A stretch of DNA of 64,000 bases from Camelus dromedarius. Taxonomy: Eukaryota. Both the position numbers and the translations under genes were made by a program. The stretch is from NCBI RefSeq assembly GCF_036321535.1, contig NC_087437.1, positions 99,388,001 through 99,452,000 of the forward strand. The letters run 5' to 3'. Below the pieces are notes generated by a model, which worked only from the letters and a program-made list of their open reading frames with translations, searched no databases and was not told where the DNA came from. Shown here one piece after another: positions 27,701 to 40,805 of this stretch. Position 1 is the stretch's first letter. Every line of letters begins with the position of its first letter.

Positions 27701-28459
27701 TGGGCGAGTGGGAGAAATCAGAGATGCTATGTGATCTGAATTACAAATCAATGTCTCTCCAAGGATCCTCCAAAATGTCAAACATACCATGTTTATATTT
27801 TCATTTACTTTCTTATACACAGAGTACTTCTGTTGGTGTATGGGCTAGGTTACTAGAATTTAAGGTAGGGCTAATTCTTGTTTATTATTTTCAAAGACTT
27901 AGGAGTATCATCCTCCTCCTACCAGCCCAAGAAAATTAAAAATGAGCCACATGGAAAAAGACTTGAGTCAAACTCATGCCTTTTTTGAAGTTTGAGAAAA
28001 TGAAAAATTCTCTTCTCTTTTTTTTTTTTATGAGCCTGTGAGCCTAGGTTTTCCTTTTGGCAAATAGATTTTAAAGATGAAAATAATAAATAAAGGCTTT
28101 TTTGGGGTGATTGGTAAATAAATCATTCTTATTATTGCCTATGCCATAAAGAAGTTTGCTGTCCTGAGTTAGCTATCAGAATTTAGGACAATATAAACTC
28201 TGAACCTTACTCTTGGTGACATGCTTTTCCTTAACTATACCACTCCCTGTGTATTTGCTACCAGTGTTACAATGACAGTGATATTAATTCATGAAAGGGA
28301 GAAGTTATAAAACCAACAACCCTTGTACATAAAATGTCTTTTCTTAAGAAATTAAAATAATTAGTGCAAAAAGATACCATAAAAGCAGGTTATGCTAAGC
28401 AAACCCCCTTGGTTCTTCCCAAGGCAATACCAGATTCGAAATGAGCATCCATGGTTTTC

Positions 28460-28600
28460 ATTTCATTTTATTTATGTATTTATTTTTATTGGAGTATAGT
28501 CAGTTACAAGGTGTCACTTTCTGATGTACAGCACGATGTCCCAGTCATGCATAAATATACATTTATTCATTTTCATATGATTTTCTAATCAAGGTTATAG
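28460..28600 (-). mobile_element. Artiodactyl-type L1 3' end fragment
   Basis: ttttattggagtatagtcagttacaaggtgtcactttctgatgtacagcacgatgtcccagtcatgcata... is the reverse complement of an L1 3' terminus with T-rich tail. Confidence 0.75.
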
Positions 28601-28679
28601 CTTCTGATAATTAAAGCAAATTGAAAGGCTGTGTGGAATAAAAATATAAGTAGGAGGTGTAATATCAGACGAATATGTT

Positions 28680-28855
28680 AGTGTCCAGACTCCCTTTTGT
28701 GACCTTGGATAAGATAGTACATCCTCTAGTTTAAAACTTAATTACTTTATCTGAGAAAGAAGAAGACAGAATTACAAGATTAAGTATATGGAAATGCCTA
28801 CTCCATGCTTGTCCTCTGGGCTTGGCACACAGGAGGTATCAAACACATTTACTTT
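28680..28855 (+). mobile_element. MIR SINE fragment
   Basis: tgtgaccttggataagatagtacatcctct...cttggcacacaggaggtatcaaacacatt. Confidence 0.55.
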
Positions 28856-31274
28856 CATCCTGAATCCCACTTTATGGTTTTGACACTGAGTAATTGGTCC
28901 TCTAATAAGCCTGCTTAGTCATTTGGGAAAGGAATGTCAGCAAAGAAAAATAATACAGTTGGGCCCTATCACTTTGTGTCAGAAATTTTTCCAGATCCTA
29001 TTCCCAAAAGCCAATTTTCCAATCTGTGTGATATTTTATTAAAGAAATTCCCAATTGTTCACTAGAACTCCCAATTTGTCCTAAAACTTGGTTTGTGAAA
29101 AGAACTCTGTGTTATTAAGTCTTAATCCGAGGTGTTTTATCTATCATGCTTTAACCTTAAAGAGCATCAGTAAACTAAAGTAGTTATTCACTAATTTTAC
29201 ACAAGTCAAGGGCATCAGGAAATGATTTGTTTAAGAATCTAGTTGACAGGTCACACTGTAACATAATAAGCTAAAAAACACAAAATCTTGTCTTGTTAGC
29301 AATGTGCATAGCCTCACAGGCATTAAGAGTTAAATGTATGTTTGTGTGATAGGATTTGGCTCTCTTCATTTTTTTTTTCCCTTCTGAGATCATGCGTTTT
29401 TAAGTGGAGTGTTTAAAAAAATCATCTTCATGAACTAAGGCTTACCTCAAATATACATCAGTGTATAATTGGCATCTATTAAAGAAAATACACCTATATA
29501 GGATAGGTAGAAAGAAAAATATTTTTTCTCCATGATCAAAACATAGTAAATAATTAGATTCTTTCTGGTGAAAGAGAGGTTTAATCCTAAACTTTGCACA
29601 TTTTTTTTTTCCAGTTATCTACTTTGTGTGTGCAACCTCTTAACATCCTTTCTGAAAACTACCAGCCCTTTGCTTGAAGATAAAATGAGCTAACAGATTC
29701 CTACAATCTCATACAATCATTCTGCACTCAGTCAGTATTACAGGGGAATATATGTATCTATGTGTTTGTGTGGGGGATTAATGTATTCAGTTAACCCATT
29801 TCATAGAAGGTACGGGCCGTGCTCCTTAATGTCCTAGGTAATGTTCATTTTCCCCCCAGTAAGGTAGGGATGGCCATGCCGTGTTCAGTCATTTGCAGTC
29901 ACCCTTTGAGGTAGTTCAGGTTCAGTCTGGGGGTAGAGTGCTTTTCCACTCTCTTGGGTCCAAAGTGGTGCTACTGAAAAACAGCTTTCTAAGTTGCACC
30001 ATATTCCATGGCTGACCATCAGAATTTAAAAAATCTCAGAAGATAGACTTTAAAAAAATTACAAGTACTTATAATTTATAGAAACAGAGACCCCAGCCTA
30101 GAATCTTACCTTGTACAGTATACCTTTCCATGTTCAATTCCAGGAGATCACGTAACCCAATACTTGTGGCAGTACTGCCTCCTCTTAAATTCTTAAAGAA
30201 CTGCTTTTCTCTCAGTTTACGAGATAGTTAAGCACCTGTTGCCAATGACTTTTTTCTTTAAAAAATTTTTTGCTGCTTTCAGTGAAATTGAATTTCTTGC
30301 TGTTATTTACCTTCTATCTCTTTATAGGCTCTCTTTCTATTAGAATGTAAGCATTATGAAGTAAAAAAAAATTGCAGATGTTCAAAGAATGTTTGTTGTA
30401 ATCAGGCTGACTCAGTACTAAGGGTGTACTCAGGAAACAGAATGTTGCTGTATTGTCTCCTATTCTTATTTAATGTTCATCAAAGGGATTTCAAGGATGA
30501 TGCCACCCTTAGTCCCTGGCTGTTTCTTCTTCTCAACATTCACGCTTAACATTACAGACTGTGGAATGAGAATCTTCTTCACAAGCACGGGGTTTAAAGC
30601 TTCTGCCCTACATCTATTATTGAACTCACATGATGCTCCAGGCATTTTGTTGAGTGCAGGGTAGGAACGATTTCAAACTGATAAACTATATACAAGTTAA
30701 TATTAATTTTTACCGTCATTTTTGTGTCTATCATTAGATTTTCAAAATTTGATCAGTATCTCTCTCTCTCTTGGTCTGTCTCTATCTTCTTCCTGGTTTT
30801 TAAAGAAATCTTATCCTTTATGCATGCATGGCTTTCTGGCCATAACAACATGGTTTGGAATGCTTTTCCAGCAAGCAGTCCATGGCCACACATCCCAAAT
30901 AGATTGTTCTTTTCCAACTTAAAAGCTTTCCTAATAGTATTTTTGTTAATGTTCCAGACTAGGACAATTCCAAATTGCTCTTCTCCAGCTGAAACTCTGC
31001 TTCAGTTAAACCCATTTTCTATGTTGGCTCAGTCTCATTCACGCTCGCTCCTTCTTTCTCTTTCTCTTGTTTTTTTCACACTTTAAAACTCATCTCCTCT
31101 TCTCTAATTATGTTGGCAACTCTTTGAAATCATAAAATCAGAGTCTTAAGACTTGGCATGAAACTGAGGCCAACAAAGGTTATAGTTGCTCATATTAAAG
31201 AGAAAATTTAGAAAATGTCCTTGTTTTATGGAAGAACCTAAAAGCCTTGCTAAAGAACCTATGCTATCATCTTA

Positions 31275-31370
31275 TCTTGGAGTTTGCAGGGCATAGTTCC
31301 TTGTCTTATTCACCTTTCTGTCCATGTTACCTGGCACACAGGCGGGGTCAATGAATGCCTGTTGAAATAA
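31275..31370 (+). mobile_element. L2 3' end
   Basis: tgtcttattcacctttctgtccatgttacctggcacacaggcggggtcaatgaatgcctgttgaa. Confidence 0.7.
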
Positions 31371-33867
31371 TTATGAAGCTTTATGTCATATTTCAAGATA
31401 TTTTTAATACAAGCTGAGTTAAATTTCACCTTCCCAAACACAGATGTGCTAATTATGTATTCTTATGATTGTGAAGAGGAGTTTGAATGTTTTTATAACT
31501 ATGTCTTGATAACTCTCTCTTCGTCCAGATTCTATTGCTCTAAAGAAAAGAATCAGGGTCCTATTTTTCTGTTTCTTCTCAGACCATTTCTAGGCAGTTA
31601 GTATTAGCATTAATATTTTCATGATTTTTATATTAGACAGTGCAAGCTTGTTTGCTGAGTAAGATTCTTTTAGAGAACTCCTGGTGGTTTACTACACATG
31701 GGAATGTGGCAAGTTTGGTAGTGGAAATTTGAGAAACATTATGTTAAGCATATTAGATACACATCCAAGTCACACACATGCAAACGTACTTGAGACAAAA
31801 AACAGAATTTCTCCATTTTGACAAACCTCACTATACTCTCACTAAGGTCTTTTACTGTTTGCCTCATCAAAATCCAGTTTATCCCTGTGGGTTTTTCTGT
31901 TTTGTTTTGTTCTCAGTCACTAATGAGTATAATATCAGCTATTTGGCTGTCCACTTGAATTACTCAGTTTAGTATTGAACCAAATTTGTCTCTGACCACT
32001 AGGCACAGCAAGCATTCTAAAAGATGGACTTGCAACAGATTGAATCAAAAGTGTGGGAAAGGGAGGGGGAATCATCTGGACATGCTGATCAATGCGACTA
32101 GATGTAAAACAGAAATGGGGCCATGCTGCTCTCAACTTGTGACTAGGAAAAAATAATTTTGGTGTTTCTATGTATTATTGGAGCAGTCTTAAAATATAGA
32201 CCTGTACTTCTTGCCTCATTTCCTGTCATGTTAAACATTCATTTCATGTTGCTTTACCAGTAAAACAGATTCATAAAGAGGGAAAAGCTCCCTCACTATT
32301 TTAGGCTGAACCTTGAAAATGATCTGCACTTTAGATGGGCATGAATGTTCCAGGGCTCTATTGTGTTTGGTCAGAAGAGTTGTTTGATTATTTTACCCAA
32401 AGGTGATAAAGTCTTCGAAGCTTAACTCTCACAAATTCAAGTTTATGAGACTTTTTGATAGAACAAAGCAAACTACCATGGACACATAGATACATATACT
32501 TTTTTTGCTGGTCAAAATATTTTCCTCTCAGCATAATAGACAATTAGGAACCCATATTAGTGTTTGTATGACCCTTACAGATTATAAAATCAAAATAAAT
32601 AATGCATATTAACCCTAATGACTGTACCAGATAATTATCACCTGAAGTTCCAATCAAGTGGAGAGGAGGCCTCGACTTGGTTAGTAGAGAGCTTCCTTCA
32701 GACTCTGTTTTCTCCTCCCTTTATAGTATCCAAGCAGATTGTCACCATTTACAGGTGAAATAAATCATAGGAATGTTGATGTAGCTCAAAACAGGCAAAA
32801 ATAACTTTACAAAGTAAAACTCCAAAGAACAAGCCAGTCACCAACAAATCAAAGCATTTCACTAGTGCAGATGTATATTTTGGTGCTTTTTATTTGTCTG
32901 TTTGTCTATTTTGATTTTAGCAAGTAGCATTTTACCTAGCAAAGTTTCAAATACAAAATAAAGTGGGATTAGGTTATGTGAAATACTGCTTCCAGAGTTA
33001 GACCTTGACAATTTCACAAATTTATGACAGAAGTTCCCAGACAACTACACTATTTTATATCTCTTCTGAAACTTTGGAAAGGAGACTTTCTGATTTTTTT
33101 TTTTTTTGATCATCAAAAACAAATCCAAGGCATCTTATGTGAGCATGATGCTCAGCAGAGTGATAACGATTATATGAAAGTCATTACTTGTAACTTCAGC
33201 AGCTTGCAATCCTACTAGGTAGAAAGCGTTTAGAAATAAAAGGAAAGGTAAGAATTGTAATTTGGTTCTAAGTGCTTAAGAAGGGATAAAAATGACACCC
33301 TCTTCAGGCTTCAGGAAAGATTTAGGCTCTTTTTTTATGTGACCCAGAGCAGTCAGTGAAGTCTTTTGGAATAAATGTATTTTGAAAATGGTTCTGGAAA
33401 AAAAGTGAAAGACAGAAAATCCACCAATAATAATAATAATAAAAAATCTCAGTGAACTCTGTTTCTACTCTCAACCTCAGGACTATGAGAAAACACACAT
33501 TTTACGTGGAGAAAATGGACCCGTTAAAGATTGCCCCTGGGCGTCATAGGGATGATCTATGAGCAAAAAGAAGATTAATATTCATTGCATGTTTCTTTTC
33601 TGGCTGGACTTAATCACTGGTTTGATGATCCAAATCAAACCATGTGTCCCAATGAATAATTATGTAGGTATAATGTAATGTAGTAGGGGCACTTTTGTGT
33701 TTGTGGGTGAGTGGATGTATGTAGGGAGACATTTTTTTTTCCACATCTTTCATATATCCATGGGAGGCATCTATCTGTCAACACCTTTTAGGACTTTTCT
33801 AATTTAGTTGATACATTACAGTCTCAAAGTAGTACAGAAATGTGTATAATTTGCCATAAGATACAAT

Positions 33868-34765
33868 AATGTGTACGAAACAGACTTCCTAATTTCCTAC
33901 ATATCCACTCCTAAACTCCTGCTCATTTTCAAATTTCTCTGTCTCAGTAAATGGCACCAACATCCACCAAGTATCTCAAGTGTAAAACCTAGGTGTGATC
34001 TTGGATTTCTCTCTTTTTCTGACACCTACATCTTTTCCATCAGCCAGTCCTGCCAACTCGATTTCTAACTCTGTTCCAACATAACCACTTCCCCTCCTCC
34101 AAGACCTCCACTCTGCCTTGAGTCACCGTCATGCCTTGTGGAGGCTGTTGCAATAGTCTAACTGGCAGTTTCTGTATTTCTGTTTCCATTCTTCTCCCCC
34201 TAGAGTTATTTTCCACACAGCAGTCAAGGTGATTTTTCAGAGACGTGAATTGGATAAACCCCTCCAATGGCTTCTCAGGAAAAAAACCAACTCCTTACCT
34301 TTGCCTGCTTATGCCTGCGTTATGAGATCTCTACCTGTAAGCTGTCTTCACCTCCTACTACTCTCCTGTGCATCCTGTCCTAGTGATGCTGGCCTTCATG
34401 ATGTTCCTCTAACTTGCCATGATCCTTCTAGTCTGGGACACTCTTCCACTCAACCTTCATATGACTTTCTCCTTACTACATTCAGACCACTACTAAACTA
34501 TAACTTCCTCAGAAGGACCTTCTATGACCTCCCACCCACTACTTCCAACTCATTACTCTCTATTTCCTTACCCTGATTTGTTTTATGTCACTAGTACTTG
34601 TCGATACCTGGACTCGTGTTATATATTTGTATATTTGTTTATTACCTCTTTCCCCAATATAAGTGCCCTAAGAGCAAATATTGTCTCTCTTTCTCATCTC
34701 TAGCATCGACTAGAATTCAGGGCACATAAGAATTATTCTACTAACATTCGTTGATAAATTTATTA
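33868..34765 (+). mobile_element. L2 LINE 3' portion (L2a-like)
   Basis: ctcagtaaatggcaccaacatccacca...aaacctaggtgtgatcttgga...cctccaatggcttctca...ggcacataagaatt...cattcgttgataaat. Confidence 0.85.
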
Positions 34766-34824
34766 AAGAAAGTGGAACATTTTTTTGTTTGCTAGACTTC
34801 ATCTAAAGGAGGGAGAAGATTTTC

Positions 34825-35030
34825 TGTTGTCAGGATGACCTGGATTTAAATCTCAATTTGGAATCATGCTTCCCTTCTGGATTTGGGGAAATCACCAAAC
34901 ACCTGAGTTTTCTTCTGTAAAAAATGAGAATGACAGTACCTGTCAGAGTAATTTGTAGAGAGGATTAGAGGTAATGAGCATTATAAACACAATATATGGG
35001 CAATATAGATATTGACTGATAAGAATAATA
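34825..35030 (+). mobile_element. MIR SINE
   Basis: gacctggatttaaatctc...tctgtaaaaaatgagaatgacagtacct...gaggattagaggtaatg. Confidence 0.7.
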
Positions 35031-36534
35031 ATAGTAATGATAATAATAATAAAGAGAAGAGTAACATTAAAGTGTCCTGAATTCTAGGTCAGTCTACTTC
35101 ACCAAAGAAACGTAAAACAAAGCACCCACTCTTCAATTCAGTAACAAGGACTTCTATTAAGCTCTTGAATGGAGAGCTTACCCTTGGGAAATGGAATAAG
35201 AACTATAGCTTAAATAGTTTAAACTCATGTGGGACAAAACAATGACAAATACACAAGAGAGAACAAACTTTCATTGGAAAAGAAATCGATCCAATGACCT
35301 AATGTATCTTTTTATTATTTCTAGGGAGAGCGTGTATGTTTAATTCATAGAATTCTTCACTGCTTCTATGTTGGAATACACTTAGATGAAAATTGCACTC
35401 CTATCAACAAAATTGGATTAAGAAAAACACACACCAAAGATTTCAGTATTAAAAAGGTTTTCTATACAATATATTAAAGTTCATCGACTAGATTAATCCC
35501 CACTTGCACTTTATGTGAATAATAAAAAGTTCCCCTTTCCTCTGTGCAGATGCCACATGCACATTTGATGTGTAATTGGACTCATGCTTGTGGTTTGGTA
35601 AGCAGAGTATGAGCTGGATTTCTGCCTCACTCACTTCCCTAGCCAGTGTCCCTTTTATAGCCCACAGCCCGAACAACCACATGCAGGGGCCCTGTAAATA
35701 TTAGATAATGAATACAATGACCAAAGAGGGTTCTGAATATGGTGAACTGAAGATAGGCCCATGGTTTCAGCTCAGTTACACTTTCCTTCAACTGGAAATT
35801 CAGTCAGTATGCACAATAAATGAACATATAGTTTCTACAACAGAAAGGCAATTAGAATCATGCCATATTTAATTGTAGCTCACGGAGTATTAACAATTCA
35901 AATTAAAAAAATACTATTACCCAAGTAGCATGTCTGTGACTACTTTAAGGCTAAAAAATTTATTTAGATAAATTTGTTGTGGTAAGGAGCTCAGGGTGGG
36001 AAAGAGAGGAGTGGATCAGGAGCTGAGTTTGAGGAATCCCTCTTCTTAGAGAATGCCTTCAGTGTTCAGTTTAATTCTATTGATCTTTGCTGAGCACCCA
36101 ATTCTCTGGTGGACAATTCAAGGCATAAAAAATAGTTGCCAACGGTCTCAGACCTTAAGGGAATTTATCATTTTTTTTAAGAAGGGCAAAAAGTTCTATC
36201 ATGTAGAGCAAGTTTGCCTTTAGATTTATGGTGGAGCCTTAGCTCCTTCACAACTCTTCGAGGTAATATTAATTCCTGCTTATTCATTAAGCTTCAAGAC
36301 ATTTTATGTAGTCATATACTTATTCATATATTCCTGTTTTATTTTATTTCAGATAATTTAATCAGATTTGATTTGCATATGTAAGTGAACTCATGCATTT
36401 AATCAAGAATAAGTAAAGACATAACACTGAGTTAAAGCCCTCTAATGCTGATATTTGAATATCTGTCTTTTTCAGGTATGTTATACACATATTTCCCTTT
36501 TAACTCTGCCCTGGCAATGATGATTTACCTTTTA

Positions 36535-36682
36535 TCTTTTTATTTTGACATAATTTGAGACCTACAGAAATGTTACAAAATGGTACATAGAGGTTCCATA
36601 GATTCTTTACCTTGCTTTTGCTAACATTAATATCTTGTATAACCATAGTCCAGTTATCAAAACTAAGAAACAAACATTGGTA
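36535..36682 (-). mobile_element. L1MB/L1MC 3' end fragment
   Basis: ttttattttgacataatttgagacctacagaaatgttacaaaatggtacatagaggttcc...aaccatagtccagttatcaaaactaagaaa. Confidence 0.75.
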
Positions 36683-37344
36683 TTTCTGATTGATTTTAAT
36701 TCTATTAGTCTCTCAATGATTTTTACTAAAAAATTTATATATATATATGTATATATATAGAGAGAAGAATATTATAGCCTACTATTTATATGCTCTGGAT
36801 GTTACTTTAATCTTTTAACCAGCGAGAGCTAATATAATGGACTATATACCATTAGCCAACAGCCATGAATACAACCTACTGCAAATGATCCTAGCACCCT
36901 ATCATGGACAACTTTTATGCTATTTATTTAGGGTTCTGACAGACATTTTAGCTGAAATAAATGTTTGCAAATAATAGAAGTTTGCAAGTTTGCAAAAAAC
37001 AAACAAACAAAAGTTAAAAAAAAAAGAAAACAGAATATTGCCGATGTAAAATGTCAAGTTTAGTAGTAGCGGGGAACACCATCAAAAAGATGATTAAGAT
37101 GGTGGAAACAGATCAGTGGGCAGTTAAGGACTGATGGAAATTATTTGACATTATTAAGGGCATTATTCATATCCCTAGAGTCTAGGAGGACTGGCCAGTA
37201 ATCTGCAAGGAAAAGGAAGTAAGAGTTATGTTTGGTGGGGACTTTTATATCCCTCTAAAAGAATTTTCTGAGGGGCTGAGTTTTTGGCATGGAATCAACC
37301 TACTCTAGTGAGACATCCAGCCTTATTTCACCACCCACCCTTGT

Positions 37345-37710
37345 TAAATACCCTCATCTACCCAATTGCTCAAGCCCAAAATCCAGAAATCATCCTTGAC
37401 CTCTCTTTCTGTAATTTCCGAAGTCTGATTCATCAAAGAGCGCTATTACTTTTAACTCATAAATGTATTTTTAAACCATCTCATTCTGTTCATCTCAGCT
37501 GCTACCATCCCAGAATGTGGCTCTCTCCTCTCATACCAGAACTATTGCAATAGCACCCCAACTGTTCTCTTGGAATTTGTCCCTATCCTCTCTAGCCTCT
37601 TCCCCATAAATAAGCCAGATTTATATTTTTAAACCATAAATCTCATCATGTCACTCTTCCCTTAAGACTTTCCAAAGTACTTCCATTGCACACAGATTGA
37701 AAACTTCCTT
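37345..37710 (+). mobile_element. L2 LINE fragment
   Basis: catctacccaattgctcaagcccaaaatccagaaatcatccttgacctctct...aaatctcatcatgtcactcttcccttaagactttcca. Confidence 0.8.
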
Positions 37711-37741
37711 TTTTTTTTTTAAAAAAAAAAAAAGACCCAAA

Positions 37742-38312
37742 ATACATACAGATAATAGAATGTTATTCAATGCTAAAAAGAAATGAGCTATCAAATCATG
37801 AAAAGACACAGAGGAACCTTAAATGCATATTACTAAGTGAAAGAAGCCAATCTGAAAAGGCTATATACTGTATGATTCCATCTTTATGGCATTCTGGAGA
37901 TCAAACTGTGGAAACAGTAAAAAGATCACTGGTTGCCAGGGGCTAAGGATGAATAGGTGAAGCACAGGGAATTTTAGGGTAGTGAAACTATTCTATATTT
38001 TGATACTATAGTATGTTTTATGACATGTATCCACCATTATGGTGTCATAGTATAATCGACTATATATATCATACATATATACATATAGTATGATACTATA
38101 ATGGTGGATAGATGTTGTTATACATGCAAACCCATAGAATGCTCAACACAAAGAGTGACTCCTAGTGGACTTTGGGTGATAATGTGTCAGTGTAGGCCAC
38201 CAATTATAAAAAATGTACAACTCTGGTGAGTGATGTTAATAATGAGGGAAGCTTTGAATGTGGGGGCAGGGACTACCTGGAAATCTCTGTACACCCCCAC
38301 TCAGTTTTGCTG
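37742..38312 (+). mobile_element. L1MC1-like 3' end
   Basis: aaaagaaatgagctatcaaatcatgaaaagacacagaggaaccttaaatgcatattactaagtgaaagaagccaatctgaaaaggcta...ggaaatctctgtacacccccactcagttttgctg. Confidence 0.85.
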
Positions 38313-40304
38313 AAGTTCTCATTTGACTTATTGTCTTAGGGTGGCTTCCCACTATCTGAGGTGGGTAGTTGTCTTAAGCTCTTAGGGTGCTTTTCGATAC
38401 ACATCAGAGGTCCCCACTGGGAACATTCAACTACACTTCCTGTGCATTGGGTAATAAATTTTTCTGTCTTAGCTGTGCCATTGTCAGCTTGCATATTTGG
38501 GAGTCTATTTCACACAAAAATCTCTCATCCTTCCAGGTGCTTCCTTGGGCTGCTTCTCTTCATGCTGGAACTACATTGTTCCACTGGCCATACTCATGCA
38601 TTCTTTGCATGAACAAACTCTAGAAATGCAAACACATGTCAATATTGTAGGAAGTTCTCCCTTAATCAGACAGTAAAGCAGCTGGCTCATCCGTGTGTGT
38701 CATTTATATTGTCCAGGCAGGAGTCCAAGGCGATTTTACTCTGTCTCCTAACTTTAGCTCTCCAAGGGGTCCTCCTACAGAAACTCCCTCTGTAAAATCG
38801 ACAGGAGGGGGCAGATACAGTGCTCCTCAAAGAAATCTTCTTTATAAAACCCTCTCACAACTCCTCATTCCATGCCTTTTGTAGTTTCAGTGTGTTCAGT
38901 TATCTACTTTGATATTCCTACAAGGAGGTCTGCCTCAAAACTCATGCTGTGATCTACTATCTCATATGCAGTTTCTGCAGTGACAAAAACTTTTAATATA
39001 GTGCATTGATATTTACACAAAATGGATAAGATTTTATATAAAGTGACAATTTTAACTCTCTGGTTTTTAATTTGATTTATCAAATTGGACATTTAAAAGA
39101 CATACCATTTTATAAAGAGAAGTATAGATGACTCATATCAAAACCCTTCTTAGTGGAAGCCAAAATATTGAATGCATTTGTAAAAGTGCACTCTCAACTT
39201 TAAGGAAAGAATTCTACATGTAAGTGTATTAAGCATTCCTTGTAACCTTATTTTCATCTTTTACATGGTTGAATATAAATCTCCAGGGAAGGATGAATCT
39301 AGATATTATTATTTTAAGAGGTTAAAGATATTTGTTTGGTGAGAAATTCACTAAAGGGAAGCCCCAATTAAAAATGCCAACTACAGCACTTCCATGGTAA
39401 TTTTAAAGCATGTTGCCATTAGTCATGTGTTTTAATATCTAGAATTTACAGTGCTGTAATGGTTTGTCTTTAAGGGGCTGAAAAAGTACAATAAAACTTG
39501 TGATTAAGATCTCAGTCAGCAGAAGCACCTTGTAATTTAGCTTAATAGTAGTCTTTTATTAATTTCAAAGTTGTGATTTTTGGCCACAGTTTATTAATAT
39601 TGATTCCAACTGCATATCCAATCTTTAGAGCTCCTTTTGGTTTTCAATGAACATATTTTTTTTTCTCAAAATATATCTAATCCATTAACTTTAAAAATTC
39701 TTAAAAGTTAAATGATATTTTAATTGAATATTGGATATTGTTTAGTAGAAAACAGTATCGTATTTATTTGTAACATAAAGAAGGAATCTACATGTCTGTG
39801 CTATTCAATTCATCAGTTGTTAATAAACCGAAAACACCTGATTCAATCCTTTAAATTTGTACTGATGCCCTTAAACTTTTTAGTTGAATACTTAAACAGC
39901 TGATCCAATCACATAAAATAATCTTGTTGCTGAATTTACCACATGACTAGTCAAACTCAGAGGATGCAGCTGTTTTTGATGAAGAATGTCACATATATTT
40001 GCTTCCAGAAGCAGGTACCTCATCTAATAGCCCAGGTAACCCAAGTTAGCATTTAACTTTAGGAAGATACTTGTTTCGTTAGCTCCTGTGAACAAAAAGC
40101 ACAACCTAGTATCCCAAGTATGCAGTTTTCAGTGAAGAAAAATTGAGGCCTGAATTATTCCCCAAATAATGATACAGGAATTGTCTTTTTGGTATTATTA
40201 ACAACTGCTGCTTAATACGCTGGGTTATACATGATGGTCCCAGATTTTAGGGAGGTTAAGAAAATTCATATCAACGTCTCATTTCTGAGAGATTCTACCT
40301 CAGG

Positions 40305-40805
40305 AGGCATTCACTGCCCTGGGAATAAAATCCGAACTCTTTCCCGTAGCCTGTAAGTCCTTGAGTGGTGAGATTCCTGCTGTCCCATCCCAGCTGGCCT
40401 CAGGTCCTGCCTCCCTGGTCTCTGGCTGTGCTGGTCTTCACTTACTGCTTTGAATATGCTGTGTATTTTTCTGTCCTGGCTCCCTCACCGTCTAGTGGAG
40501 AAACCAAATGCTGTTCTTCCCGTGTCGAGGTCACTCTCATTTTTTAAATCTCATGTCATACATCGCCTCTGGAGACCTTTTTTGTGGCCTTGCCTGACTA
40601 CCTTCTCTATGTCAGAATTTCCTCCTCCTTCTCACTCTTATTATTCTCCATCATAGCACATGGTCACTTTTTAACAATTTATAATTACATATTTAGCATC
40701 TGGAACATTGCCAGACAGATATGCAACAAATATTTGTTGAATGTATAAATGTCCTCAAAAGCTGGGAAAGCACAAAGGCAATAAAAGTTAGTTGAATGAA
40801 TGAAT
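40305..40805 (+). mobile_element. L2 LINE 3' portion
   Basis: actgccctgggaataaaatccgaactctt...aacaaatatttgttgaatg...gttgaatgaatgaatg terminus. Confidence 0.75.

Noticed and set aside
30724..31086. 120-aa ORF
   Set aside because: GTG start, low-complexity F/L/S composition from CT-rich sequence, no splice or domain support.
33871..34576. ORFs of 65-115 aa
   Set aside because: They lie inside a decayed L2 element and show no recognisable domain.
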